From Sphagnum compactum (taxonomy: Eukaryota), in NCBI GenBank assembly GCA_965153455.1, contig OZ234494.1, forward strand, positions 2,790,001 to 2,854,000: a stretch of 64,000 nucleotides of DNA, in the 5' to 3' direction. The notes below the pieces were generated by a model. The model was not told where the DNA came from and ran no database searches. It saw nothing but the letters and a program-made list of their open reading frames with translations. Of this stretch, positions 37,401-50,530 are shown one piece after another. A program made the position numbers and the translations under genes. Each line of letters starts with the position of its first letter. Within the stretch, counting starts at the first letter, position 1.

Positions 37401-40400
37401 CTGCTGTATAGTGAAAAGAAAGACACAGTGACTCCTGCTACTTCCAGCATTCATTTCTGGTAAAGTGGCTCAGAAAGATTGGGCACAGATGACTTGAATT
37501 ATACATCAAACTGTTGTCTCCACAATGCAATCATATTAATTTCTAGGCAAGGGACATTGAAGAGTGCAGAAAGATGGGACGGCCATTCATCATTATGTGG
37601 ACAGAAGAACTTAAGGCTATCATCATGTTGTGTCACCCATGAGTATATTAAGTGCACAATAGGAACATATGCCCTCATCCAAAAACTATCAATAACTTCA
37701 ACAAACAACAGATTGATCAAAGTGGATACGAGTTGCTCCCACTGCTCTGTTTGCTAATCCAACCTGCAAGAAAGACAATTGTTACTACATCACATTATCT
37801 AATTGTATAAAACATCACAAGTCAACATTTAAACTGGGCAGATTACCAGAAATACATGTGATGCATATGTTCTTGCAGAACTAACAAAACATCATTTCCA
37901 GTGTAAGGAAAATCAATGCACCTGAAGGATCTGGAGCATCTCTTTCTCCGTTTGGACATATCTCTGTCAGGTGAATCCAGCTTAATTTGTACCCATTGCA
38001 CTGGATTGTGGCCTAATCATTATCAAAGAGAGTCTTGGAAACCAAATATCTACATGAGTGCATGCTAAGCATACATGTATAACAGATGATTGATGATGGA
38101 AACTACCTCAGTGACTCCTGCTATGAAGATTCCTTTTGCTCTGTTTTCCTTGACCTGGAGATTATTCTTGGTGGCATCCAATAAGTCCCTGCATTCACAA
38201 CAAAAGGGGAATGGATGCAATTTGTGCCTTTGATATTTAGTGAAGACCAATAGAATGAAGCACAGTACAAAATAGAACATCTGCAACCAGTGAACCCAGG
38301 AACTCCGTGGACATCAACCTGATTCTCTCCATGTAGATCTCCACCTGAAAGCATGAACATCAACAAGACAGTATGAGGTAGGAAAAGAAATCTATAGAGA
38401 GCAATCCACCAAGCTTGAACTAGAGAGCAAATTGTCATTCTCTTAAAGCCTGGAGGCATGGAATATGTTCACATAATGGTGACCCATTTATCAGTTTATC
38501 AGTAGCTCAGGAGATAGAAATTCTCACCATTGACAGCTTGATTAGGAACTCTGATGTCTCATCAGCAGCCTGTATGAACTCAAAGATACATTGTGCAACC
38601 CTTGGGAGAATCCCCTTTGATGAAGAGTCGTCCAAGTTCTGCATGTTTGGACCCTGCCATTCACACAGTACACCAGGTAGGTACACTGTACTCACCATTA
38701 CACCAGGAACATGGGCTCTGTCTGTCACACAGTAGATTCTGGAGACCACAAATCTAATTAGGAATATTTACTAGTTTATGGAAATGACTGCCAACATTTA
38801 AGGTTCTTTCACAAGAGGCAAGGAATTTGACGGGGCTAGGGTTTTGGTCCATGCACAAACATCTCCAGGACTTTGGAGTTATGAAAACAGGTTCCAGGAT
38901 CTCAGGTTTGCAAAACAAGTTGCACACATGGTCTCTGTCTATCTACAAATAATGTGTCAATTGTTGGACCTCACCTCCATTGTGTGTGTTTTCCCAGCTC
39001 CAGTCTACACGGATTCACACATGGTGAGCTTGTTAGCAACTACATCAATTGATGCAAACTTCATAGAACTTCCTATCTAGCCTAACTACTGGAACCCTGT
39101 GACAACATGAACAGACGGGCCTGCTACTTTGAGAGAGTGATGATGTCTATGTCTCTGAAAATATTTTGTTCTGTGGTCTGAATCCTGACTACTGTAGATC
39201 CAAATCCACTTGTAGAGAGCAGAGATTGACTGGTTGCCACATGGTGGAATAATGATCTCATTATTTGTTCAAAATCACATGAATCTTGATGATACCTGTA
39301 GGTCTAGAATCAAAGTTTCACCTGTCCATAAGCAAGAATTGTCCCGTTTATTGCATTCATAGCATCTGCAACAACAAAGGAACCCGGTAACAAACAAAGT
39401 TCAAGATCTTTCCAGTTACGTATGGCCTCGCGTCTTTTTGTCCAGATGAAAATATGAGCACTAAAATCCATCTACACACAGCATTAATTATCCAACTGAA
39501 ATGACAATATGCAATGCGATCAGGAAACCAAAATTCTTGCAAATTTCACTACAGTTTTCAAGAACCGTACTACAACGAGCTGCTGCGGAGTCAGTGCGAT
39601 CTGTGAACTAACGAGCATCAGTAGATCAACGGCGAATAGACAATTGATAGGTGAGAGCGTTTGTTGCAAAAGCTATGCATGATATTCAGAGCATTTGCCT
39701 GCATTCTTTTTCAACAACTGTACAAGGTTGATCTGTATAGTGCCTACCCTTCACAATTGGCTTCGCCACGAACTCGAACACGTCCGCTTGAATAGAATCC
39801 TCATAGAAGACCCTGTCAAAAGTGAACACTGACTCCTCCTCTTTGTCGTCCTGCAGTGAATCAATTCTCACAGCTCTGGCGTTTGGATCTGAGTATGTCC
39901 AGTGCTTGTTGCTCTAATCTAACGTACAACTGAGAGTTATTTCTTTGTTTCAGGCGATCTGTAGACTTATAGACGGCAGAAGGTTCTCCGGTCACCAGAT
40001 ACACAGCGATGGATTCTACGTCACGATGTTAGTAGAGCTTGTATTTTTACATTGCACACGATCGTAGACTTGATATAGTGCAATGTCTGTCTCAATAAAT
40101 ACAGAAAAGGCCCCTTACGTCACCGGGGGAATTCGATACAAGCTCTCTTTGAAGTGGATTCCTTATATGCATGATCTGTTACCGATATCACTGGCATCTG
40201 GAAACAGTGATTGCTTCATTTGCCGAGAAACGAGGTGAAGGAGACATATGTGCATATTCTTAAGTAGCAGATAACAGCAAAGACCAGGGAGCGGCTTATC
40301 TCTTCCGGTTTTTTTGTTTGGGATTAGAAGATACGAGTGTTTACCTTGAAAGTGAAGGATTCCTGATCAGATCGACGTATACAAGGTACCATGGATCCAT

Positions 40401-40458
40401 ACTGGGCTTCCTTTTCGCTCAATGGCCTGATGCGAACACACACTGCCACATTCGACAT
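34401..40458 (-). CDS. PSS1: Kinesin-1 family motor (PSS1/KIN1-like), 18 exons: 40458-40345, 39850-39748, 39365-39322, 39004-38975, 38653-38528, 38344-38319, 38188-38107, 37963-37922, 37763-37730, 37456-37381, 37163-37015, 36855-36794, 36630-36539, 36316-~36167, ~35921-35854, 35485-35198, 34972-34873, 34645-34401
   Basis: [24 protein letters not shown]-loop [53 protein letters not shown]. The tail segment [11 protein letters not shown] resembles plant KIN1/PSS1. Junctions are GT-AG and phase-consistent; tail exons are less certain. Confidence 0.9.
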
Positions 40459-41039
40459 GTTTCGCCCCTGGGAGTTGCTTCGAGAACTTCCTGCAATTCA
40501 AACACTGTCCATGAAAGACCAAACGTACGTACATGTGTGCAGAGAAAAGGAAACATTAACGTTAGAACGAGGATGATCTGAGGCCACGGTAGGAAAGCAG
40601 CAGCCATGGGAACAAGAAAGAAAAAATTAGACAACGATACATCGGAGTACACTTGTTGATTGAAATCGAAGGGGAAACCCACTTTGGACTGCATTGAAGC
40701 TCCTTCAGAACAATCTACAGAAATCTGTGTGTAATAAAGACAATAAGACAACACAGCTTCTAATACTGTAATAGGACTCAACAATACGCAAAAGACAAAG
40801 GGAATTATGAATCTACTATACGGGAAAACTCTTCTTTTCGCCGTCACGACCAAATCAGCTAACGCCTCGGACCCCGGCACAACAGCTAAACAAAATCGTC
40901 GCTCGAGCCGAAGCTCCCCTCCAACCAGCGCCAAACCTTCGCCTGCTGCAAAGGCACTCACAACAACTGTGCCGTGTGCCTTCCTCTCTCTCTTCTGTGC
41001 GTGCCGTCGGCCAACAGAGACTGGATTATTAATTCTTGG

Positions 41040-41722
41040 AATCGTCCTCTCGGATGAATGAATAAGACTGAGCGTCCTCTCCGATGAATAAATAAGACCG
41101 AGCCCTCACAGTAACGGGGATTATGATCTAAGGAGTCGCCCTCCCAGGATGAAATTCTAAGACCCAAGAGCCTCACAGTCACGCGGATTATGGTGAAAAA
41201 TTATACGTGTAAGAGACATGTCCTCTCGGATGAATAATGCTATGTCATCCAAAAACAGAGCTGATGAGAAGGTGTACATGTCATTCTTATTTACCACGTC
41301 ATCAAAAAAGACCTAAAAATAAGACTTTACACGTCATTTAGGATGCCATGTCATAATAACAACACTAAATAATGGCACACATGGATGCTGTACATTCATG
41401 CTTGCCATGTCATCACAAACAGAGCTAAAGAATGGTGTACACGTCACTCCATTTTGCCATGTCATCACAGACCGAGCTAAAGAATGGTGTACACGTAACG
41501 TCAATTTAATTATGCCATGTCAGCAACATAAGAGCGAAGAAGAAGTGTGTACACGTCATTTTGGCGCTTCGAGTTTTGGCCAGAATCGAGAGGTTAAAAG
41601 CGGACGGAATGTCGATTATATGTCCACATCGCCACGGTATCTGGATTTGGCCGAAATCGAGAGGTCAAAAAGGGACGGAACGTCGATATTGTGTGTCCAC
41701 ATCACCACGGCATCTGGATTGG
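41040..41722. promoter_or_regulatory. Divergent promoter region between the kinesin-1 and CUL3 genes, built from short tandem duplications rich in (A/C)TGTCA and ACGTCA
   Basis: Six ~52-59-bp units start at 41238, 41292, 41344, 41403, 41455 and 41513. A 71-bp duplication starts at 41576 and 41647. TCCTCTCGGATGAAT and CTCACAGTNACG motifs repeat at 41040-41235. Confidence 0.6.
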
Positions 41723-41981
41723 GACCTGGCAGGTGAAGAGAGAAGCGCTTGCGAGAGGAGGAGGAGGAGGAGAAGACGAAGGGGATTGGGTTAGGAATTG
41801 GTGGTTTTGCGTTAAAATTTCCGGCGAGATCGGTGTCGCTGCTCGTCTCTGAGATGTTTTGGTGCGGAGGAATGTTGTAGAGGCAGCGTGTGCGGTCCGG
41901 AGAGTAAAAATTTGGCGTCTTTGAAGCCTGATTTGGGAGTAGGAAGCCGTGGTTTCGGCGGTGCACTACTGGTTGAGCACC

Positions 41982-44900
41982 ATGAGTCAGGCAAAGAAGA
42001 AGAATTTCAAGATAGAGCCGTTCAAGCACAAGGTGGAGATGGATCCCAAGTACGCGGAGAAGACGTGGAAAATCCTAGAGGACGCAATTCATGAAATTTA
42101 CAATCATAATGCTAGCGGCCTGAGCTTTGAAGAACTTTACAGGTAAAAATTTGGGAAGAAGTACTTTGCTTTGCATCTTTTGTTCCGTTACCGGTTTTTC
42201 CGTCTGCAGCCGTTGGGTTCTGGACTTGCACCTATTTGGATGATCTTCTTGTCGATGTCGTCATTTCCGTGTTTGACAATCTTGTTTGAGGAGGGAAGCT
42301 GGTTCAACTTGAATCATTGAGCACGTTCGCAGATTAGGGTTTTGCAGACAATTGTTGAATGTATCTTGTGCTTGCAGAGGCAGATGTGTTCATGACTGGA
42401 ATTTGGAGTCTGTACTACATTGGCAAGAGGATCTGTGTGTCTTGCACATTTATTCCTGATTGTGATGTGGAGCATATAATGTATGAGTCTTGAATTGACA
42501 AATGCAATTTGGAAACTGGCTTGCAACTCTTTCTAAGGTTGCAATCTCTATCCACTATGACAGAGCAACTGAATACTCCAAATACCTCTTCTTGCGGATG
42601 ACCTTGGGTCAGTGGATTACATTGAAGCTGCACAAATCCAGCCAGTGAAGGGACCATTTTTAAGTAGTGGTAGTATCAAAATTATAATCAGGTGGTTGTA
42701 GCTTTTCACAGGATTGTGCAAGTGGTGAATACACTCATATGAAGTGTGGTACTGAAGCTCGTCAGTAATTACTGAAGAGTACACCAGATGGCCACTTCAA
42801 CCCATTGTGAAAGCAAGATTGTTCCAGTGGCTCTGCAAGCAAAGGTCACAAAGGGTACTGCATGATATTCTTTGCTTTGATGAGGGTTTCTGTATTTATG
42901 TGATGCTGATTTTGCTGTGTATCTGTCAACTTGTCTTCCAGAAAATGGTCCTTGTTAACCCCTTGTCACTGGTCACTACCATACATGTTGCTGTTGGAGG
43001 TCCCTGAACATGCGTGTGACCATTGGTGTCATTCAAACCACTTAGTGTTTTGGTTTGGTCTTTTTTTCACTCTCTTCAGGATTGGGTTTCCTTTTTCTCA
43101 TTATTGCTGATTAGTAGCTAGTATGTTGTGAGAGGTGAAGTATCCATAACCTTATTACCAGATTGTTTCTCAATTCTTTTCAGCTTGCCTAGATTGTGAG
43201 TATTGAGAAATTCTCAGTACCTATGAAGATATTTGCTAACTGTTGAACCACCATGTTTGTGCCATGAAGTGTAAACACCATGAAGCGTATTATCTGCTTG
43301 AAGCAATACATGTGAATGTGTGAGATTTTGGTGTGTATAGGTGAATAGGATCAAGGGCACTTCCAGGATGAATGTGTGCCATTCCTGGTCTAAGATTGGG
43401 TTATCCTGCAGGAATGCCTATAACATGGTGCTCCACAAGTATGGGGAGAAGCTTTATTCAGAGCTTGTGAATACAATGACACAGCACATGCGTGAGATTG
43501 CAATGACTGTAGAAGCTTCCCAAGGAGACCTGTTCCTGGAGGAGCTTGACTCCAAGTGGCGTGAGCACAATAAGTCACTGCAAATGATCCGAGATATTCT
43601 GATGTATATGGACAGAACATATGTGAACAATTTCAATAAGACCCCTGTCCATGAACTTGGTCTCAATTTGTGGCGAGATAACATTGTAAGGTCCCCAAAG
43701 ATAAAGGATCGATTGCTGGATATGCTATTAGACCTTGTGCACAGAGAACGGACAGGGGAGGTGATCAACAGAGGGTTAATGCGGAACATTACAAAGATGC
43801 TGGTAGACTTGGGTCCAACTGTTTATCAGGATGACTTTGAGAGACCATTTCTGGATGCTGCATCAGACTTTTACAGGCTGGAGTCCCAGCAGTTTATAGA
43901 AACGAGTGACTGTGCTGACTACTTGAGGAAGGCAGAGAAAAGGCTCAATGAGGAGATAGACAGGATAACTCACTATTTAGATCCCAAAAGTGAGCCCAAA
44001 ATTACCTCTGTGGTTGAGAGGGAGGTCATTGGGAACCGCATGAAGCTTTTGGTTGAAATGGACAACTCAGGGCTGGTGTCTATGCTCATCGATGACAAGT
44101 ATGAGGATTTGGGGCGCATGTACAATCTGTTCCGTCATGTGCCAACAGGCCTGCAGACAATCCGTGACCTAATGACAAGCCATTTGCAGGACACTGGGAG
44201 GCAGCTTGTTTTGGACCCAGAAAGATTGAAAGATCCTGTGGAGTTTGTGCAACGGCTGCTTGATGAGAAGGACAAGTATGATAAGGTTATCCGGCTTTCA
44301 TTCAGCAATGATAAGACTTTCCAAAATGCACTTAATTCTTCATTTGAGTTCTTCATCAATCTCAATGTTAGGTCACCAGAGTTCATCTCTCTCTTTGTGG
44401 ATGACAAGCTGAGGAAGGGTTTGAAAGGGGTGAGTGAAGAGGATGTGGAATCAGTGCTTGATAAGGTGATGATGCTGTTCCGCTATTTGCAAGAGAAGGA
44501 TGTCTTTGAGAAGTACTATAAGCAGCATCTGGCAAAACGGCTATTGTCAGGCCGAACAGTGTCAGATGATGCAGAGCGCAGCCTGATTGTGAAGCTGAAG
44601 ACTGAGTGTGGTTATCAGTTCACATCAAAGCTGGAAGGTATGTTCACAGATATGAAGACATCACGAGATACAATGCAGGGGTTCAATGCAACACTGGCGG
44701 GAAGTGAATCCAATGAAGGACCCACTCTTGCAGTGCAAGTGCTTACAACAGGATCATGGCCAACTCAGTCCAGTGCAAGGTGCAACATGCCAACAGAGAT
44801 TCTTTCCTTGTGTGATAAGTTCAAGCAGTATTATTTGTCTACTCACACAGGTCGGCGATTAACATGGCAAACCAATATGGGCACAGCAGACTTGAAGGCC

Positions 44901-45455
44901 ACATTTGGAAATGGAAATAAGCATGAGCTTAATGTGTCCACATACCAAATGTTCATTCTCTGTTTGTTCAACACAGCCGATCAACTGACCTACAGAGAAA
45001 TTGAGCAGGCAACAGATATACTTGCACCAGATCTGAAGAGGAGTCTGCAGTCTTTGGCCTGTGTGAAGGGGAAAAATGTGTTGCGAAAGGATCCAATGAG
45101 CAAGGACATCAGTGAGGATGATGTATTTTTGTTCAATGACAAGTTTTCAAGCAAGTTCTACAAGGTGAAGATTAGTACTGTTGTTGCACAAAAGGAGAGT
45201 GAACCTGAAAAACAGGAGACACGCCAAAAGGTGGAGGAAGATAGAAAGCCACAGATAGAGGCTGCTATTGTCAGAATCATGAAGGCTAGGCGCCTCTTGG
45301 ATCACAATAATATCATCAGCGAAGTGACAAAGCAGCTGCAAGCTCGTTTTCTCCCTAATCTTTCCGTAATCAAGAAACGGATTGAATCCCTAATTGAGAG
45401 GGAATTTCTGGAAAGGGACAGAGTAGACAGAAAATTGTACCGTTATTTGGCCTAA
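41982..45455 (+). CDS. CUL3: Cullin-3, E3 ubiquitin ligase scaffold (734 aa); exons 41982-42142 and 43412-45455
   Basis: MSQAKKKNFKIEPFKHKVEMDPKYAEKTW...SGLSFEELYR|NAYNMVLHKYGEKLY, cullin homology domain KDVFEKYYKQHLAKRLL, neddylation motif IEAAIVRIMKARR, end YRYLA. Phase-2 GT-AG intron. Confidence 0.98.
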
Positions 45456-47290
45456 TGGCCTGTATAGAGAGAGAGAAAATTCAGGTAGATCTGAGCAGCA
45501 TAAGAGGTACAGCACTTTGTTTCAGATGGTGACAATTTCCTGTATGATTCTCTTGTGAATAGTGACACCTCATTCAGCTGCAGTAAGTGGCAGAATCACT
45601 ATTTAAGTTGCCATCTAGATCACATTGGTGAAGGTCCTTTGTCTTCCTAGCAAAAGTGCCAGCCAGGGGGCCTGGATTCTACCCTCTGGTTAAGAAAGCA
45701 TTTGAGACCAGTGAAGCCAAAACTTTGACAGATGCCCATGTAGTTTTAGTAGCAAATTGTTTCATATCTCCCACATGCAGCCCAGTCAGATAGCCGATAC
45801 TAATTTGCTTTCGGTCATCAATGCCAATGTTCATGTATCCTGTCTGTTTCTGGAAGGACAAACACAGTTAGGTGTATTTAGTGCTGTCATTCTTGCTCTA
45901 GATATTCTGATTCTGAGGGTTGCCAATATCAGTGTGCAGACAGAGAATCAACTCTTGTTACAACTGAGGGGTTGTCAGCTCTTGTTAGGACTGTTGTTGC
46001 AAGGTTTCATATCAACAAAGTTGCATTTTTGCCAACTTTGTCTACATGCAGGTTTCCACTTTCGTAGTTTCAGATGTTGTAAGACTGCAGTAAGCACTGC
46101 AGTCTGTTACGAACATCTATTCTGCTTTGAGTCTGAAATCAGTGGACAGTGATCTATCTGCCGATGCCAGCCTTCAGCACTTTTGAAAACTCAGCTCATG
46201 AAAAGACAGGCTCCAAGGTTTTCGCAAGATGAAGGTACGAGATTCGACCTGCTCCAACTTATTTGACACCCACCATTTGTTTCAACTCCTGTCTTGCGTC
46301 CTCACTATAAACTTCAATCATTACGAATGGGTAGTATCATCTTTCTGTCCCTGGATATATAATTCCTTTTTCAAAGAATAATAGATTTTGTTATTATCAT
46401 TTATTGGTAAAAACCTCCCATCATGTAAGCCACCCCCTGTAAGGAGGGTTTACATGGCTTCTTATTGTTATTTATTGTTTCAAAAAAAAGGAAAATCCTT
46501 CCTATTTGTTTCTTGTATTGACTAATTAATGAAAATGTGCGAAAGCTCTGTTGGCTTCAGCCATTGTATGAGTTTCTTCCTTTATTCAAATAGCATTTCC
46601 ATTATGTCTGGCAGCATCTATCAATTCATAACCCAATTTGAAAGCCATGTTTCAGCCCAGACATTTCCCATTTGCTCCTAGTAACCAACAAATAGCTTCT
46701 TCCTTGTACGCTAAAACCTGTTCCCCTAAGACCCTTCTTTATAAGACTTATCATCCATCTGCACAAATCACTAGATAAGATTGTTTCCAAATAGAGGCTT
46801 GCAATTTGCATGCCAATTGACAGAAATGTTGATATGAGTTATCCATGTACACAGTAATTACAGGAATGTATTAGCTCATAGTTGCTAGTAGATTATTGTG
46901 TGCAGTGATGGTGTACCACATGGTGATAGGCCGGGGTCTGCTAGTACTTTTCATGGAGAAAAATCAGCGTATGTTGGTAAGGACTATTGCCACTTTCCTT
47001 GCAGCCATTATAGGGACTGCTTCTTCAACCTTTAAGAAGACTATATTGGGGTGCATTAGATTTCCCCCCCCCAACATATCAGGTGAATTGAGAAGGCTTG
47101 TCTAGTGTTTGCATCTGGACTGACCAATAGATGTGAATTGAAGTGTGTCTCTACTGCTGAACTTTTTCTTTACTGGACTACTCTGTCAACAAGAAAACAT
47201 GTGCAACAAATGTGCTGACAAGAATTCCTCAGCAAATGCAATTCATCAGGCACACTGGACAAAGGTCGGTAAACCTTCCAGCATCCTTAG

Positions 47291-49587
47291 TTAGAACAAA
47301 GGTTCCAATCTGAAGCATGATTCCAACAAAGAGTTAACCTCAAACAACGTTCGTACTTTGAAGTCAGGGCGCTGCTCTTCTGGGAGTTGTGAAACCTCGT
47401 ACCGATCATTTTCATCGAGCAAACATGTTATGGCACCTGCGCGTGTGCCGCATGCAATCTGCTCCCCGTGCAGATTCAAAGGTTTTCAGCACATATATGC
47501 AACCAAACAAAAACCAGGAAACAAAAAATGGACAGTATAGAATGCATGCATAGGGGAAAAAGGTGCCTCGTGGAAGGAAACTGCCATTTCCACAATCAAA
47601 AAACTACAACTGCCTAAAGAAATAATGATTTTCCAAACCTAGGGGAAGATCAAAAACTTACATCATCCTTGGCACTATCGCCAACCATCAGCACTTCACT
47701 TGGACTCGCCCCCCATGTATTGCAAATGTGCAACAAAGGAGCTGCGCTGGGTTTGTAAGGCTTGAACTCCCGACTCAATGCTGGACTGAACTCCTGCAAC
47801 TGCAAGAAAGTGAAAATATCAAAACATGCCACTGCAGATTCAAAGGAGATGCCATAATGCCAAAAAGATTGAAAAACTCCTCAAAAATACATAAGCTCTT
47901 TCAATCTCTGACAACCCTGAGCATTGAGGTACTGAGGAAGCACCCCTCCACCGAGCTCTTTTGAATCTATGACAACCATGAGCATTGATAAACTGAGGAA
48001 GAGTGCTGCACTGAGCTTCCATGATAATTTCCCGGATAGAATTCTATACTGCTGGTGCAGCAGAGAGAGAATGAATTGTTTTACCTCAAAACGGGAGTGA
48101 AATAAATCGACTGATTCCTTGACATTGCGTGTTATTAAACCCCGCCTGCAGCAGCACAATGGGTGCTTGCCCTGGTGAGTGAGTCTTTCTGGAAATTATT
48201 ATCACCAGCAAAGCATGTATGACTGACATGGGTGCTTGCGCTGGTGAGTGAGGCCCTCTCCAAATTACTATCACCAGCAAAGCACGTATGGATAGACCAA
48301 CATCCATGGACCAACATGGGTGCTTGCCCTGGTGAGAGAGTCCCTCTGGAAATTACTATCACCCATGAAGCATGTATGGATGGACCAACATAATTGGACT
48401 GACCAACATGCAACTGATGCTGGTGGAGAGGTACAAAGGCTTTTTTAAGCTTCTTAGACAGACAGCTGCCTGCAAATTGGACTCTCTCTCTCTCTCTCCC
48501 CTGGAAGCAAGCTAGCTTAGCTACCAACCTGATCTCCTTCGAATCAAGAAACTTGCACACTTCATGAGCTCCTGCATCATGATCCATCAAATCACAAGAA
48601 GCCCAAACAAACAAACAAACCCGGTTCCATGTTTCAGTGCAGGACAGAGACACTCCAATCCTCTCTTTCAAACCAAATCCCACAACAACAAAAACCCTAA
48701 TCAGAAGAGGGAAGAAGACTATTGGGGGGCCCCCACCCTTGAATCCTGACAGTAGTGGATACTGTGGGATCTTGAAACCCTTCTTGATGGGTGCAGGTCA
48801 GGGTTTTTGCTTTCAATATGTAGCCAAACTGGCAATCATCCACAAGAAGATTCAGCCAAATTTGGCTATAGACCAGGCGTGAAAGTAAAATATTTTAACA
48901 ATCTTACACACTTTGGCTACATGCTAGAAGAACCCAATAGAGAAATCTGGCAATTTTTCAAAAAAAAAAGGTTCAAAATCTGGCTACTAGAAAACAAAAA
49001 AAAAACATTTGTTTTATCCATTTTGAAAGGAAAAAAACGCTGGTGCAGGTAGGTAGCTGTTTTATGATCCCTGACCATCAGCACAGATTCTTTGGCTTCT
49101 GGTGAGAGAAAAAATTTCCTTATAGGAATTTCTGACAAGAGATTCTCAGGGTGAAGGAAGAAGAAGAAAGATGGGATGTAGACAAACCGGGCATGATCTG
49201 GAGTCGCTCAAGTGCTTGCTTCTCATACTCTGCGATGATGGCATAAGCTTGCACCTGTTTCTCGGGACTCCACTCTGCAATCTCATGCAGAATATCGATG
49301 GGTGAGCCGGAAACAATCCGAGGATGGTCATCTCCTAACACCCTTCTATACATGGAGGCGAAATCAATGGTAGGCACCGTCAGAGTCCCATCCATGTCGA
49401 ACACTACTCCTCGTAGCGTGCGTTGCTGCTGCTGGTGCTGGTGGTGGTGGTGAGAGACCGCTACTACTGCTGCTCCTCCTCCTGCTGCGGCTACGGCTGT
49501 TGCTGCTATGCTACCGCTACTGCTGGCCATAGCTGAAGACGGTGACGACTGCACCAATGTTCTCAAAACTGTCCCACACAACAACAT
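47291..49587 (-). CDS. HAD-superfamily hydrolase (At2g33255-like); exons 49587-49188, 48571-48529, 48145-48085, 47799-47662, 47458-47291
   Basis: Motif I VVFDMDGTLT, motif II GLITRN, motif III KP, motif IV MVGDSAKDD, then CGTRAGA. The S/A-rich N-terminal extension resembles a transit peptide; the start codon is uncertain. Confidence 0.9.
47895..48020. repeat. Intronic ~61-bp duplication in HAD gene intron 3
   Basis: GCTCTTT..AATCT.TGACAACC.TGAGCATTGA...ACTGAGGAAG occurs twice. Confidence 0.7.
48157..48410. repeat. Intronic tandem repeat, ~69-88-bp unit x3, in HAD gene intron 2
   Basis: ATGGGTGCTTGC(C/G)CTGGTGAG...AAATTA(T/C)TATCACC occurs three times. Confidence 0.85.
48810..48990. repeat. 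Dispersed MITE-like repeat, copy 3, in HAD gene intron 1
   Basis: TGTAGCCAAACTGGCAATCATCCACAAGAAGATTCAGCCAAATTTGGCTA..., with an inverted TTTGGCTACA further in. Confidence 0.7.
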
Positions 49588-49807
49588 CCCTGGTGCTTCT
49601 TCTGTTAATACTACTACTACTACCACTTTCTCTGCCCTCCATGGCTTTCTCTCTTGCTTCTTTCTCCCATTCCCTTCCTTCTGCATGACACATGCAGTGC
49701 ACCCATTGACACACAATTCACCAAAACGGAGACAAACAAACGCAAAGAAAGAAAGAAAGAAAGAGAGAAGCGATGGCGATGATGACGAACAAGAGTGTTT
49801 TCTTCCT

Positions 49808-49838
<31 letters not shown>

Positions 49839-49879
49839 ACCATCACCATCATATCTACACGTTAGACCAATTTGGGAAG

Positions 49880-50530
49880 GTACCTACTCACACCTACTTA
49901 CCTACCAACTCATCTACTTATTTATCTACCTGCCTATCTACCTACCTACCTACCTATTTATGTACCTACTTATCATTGATTTTTTAAATATTTATTTATT
50001 TATGTACTTACTCACCCTTGGTTTTTTAATACCTACCTACCTACCTACCTACCTATATATATACCTACTCATTGTTGGTTTTTTAATATCTACCTACCTA
50101 CTTATCTATGTACCTACTCATTGTTGGGTTTTGTAGTATCTACCTACCTACCTATTTATGTACCTACCCATGATTGGTTTTTCAATAATTACCTACCTCC
50201 TTATCAATTTGGAAAGGTATATCCACTTACTTATTTATCTACCTATTTATTTTGATTTACGTAGGTACCCATGTATTTCAAGCTCAATGTTTTTGTGCAA
50301 TACAAATGATAATGAAATGATGAAAAAAAAAAGGAGTTGATTTTTGTGAACATTAAATTTCATTTGAACATAATATTGAATGACATCATCACATGTTAAT
50401 TTTTTGAATTCAATTCAATTCAATTCAATTCAAATTCAATTGGATCTAATTAAATCAAATTCAATTGGATCTAATTTAATTAAACCCTATACCCTCTTAA
50501 CCTACCTACCTACCTACCTACCTACTTGTG
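49880..50530. repeat. (TACC)n-rich degenerate ~55-60-bp repeat array, plus (AATTC)n
   Basis: TACCTACTCATTGTTGGTTTTTTAATATCTACCTACCTA-type units recur; pure TACC runs at ~50030 and ~50502. Confidence 0.75.

Noticed and set aside
40419-40961. 180-aa ORF upstream of kinesin-1
   Set aside because: It spans the probable 5' UTR and its intron (acceptor at ~40491), is out of frame with the motor domain, and has no domain signal.
43341-43411. N-terminal extension of the 704-aa CUL3 ORF
   Set aside because: Intronic; the true exon 2 starts after the TGCAG acceptor, at 43412.
48135-48683. 182-aa ORF with repeated IISRxTxSPGQAP
   Set aside because: Produced by reading through HAD exon 2 into the intronic tandem repeat.
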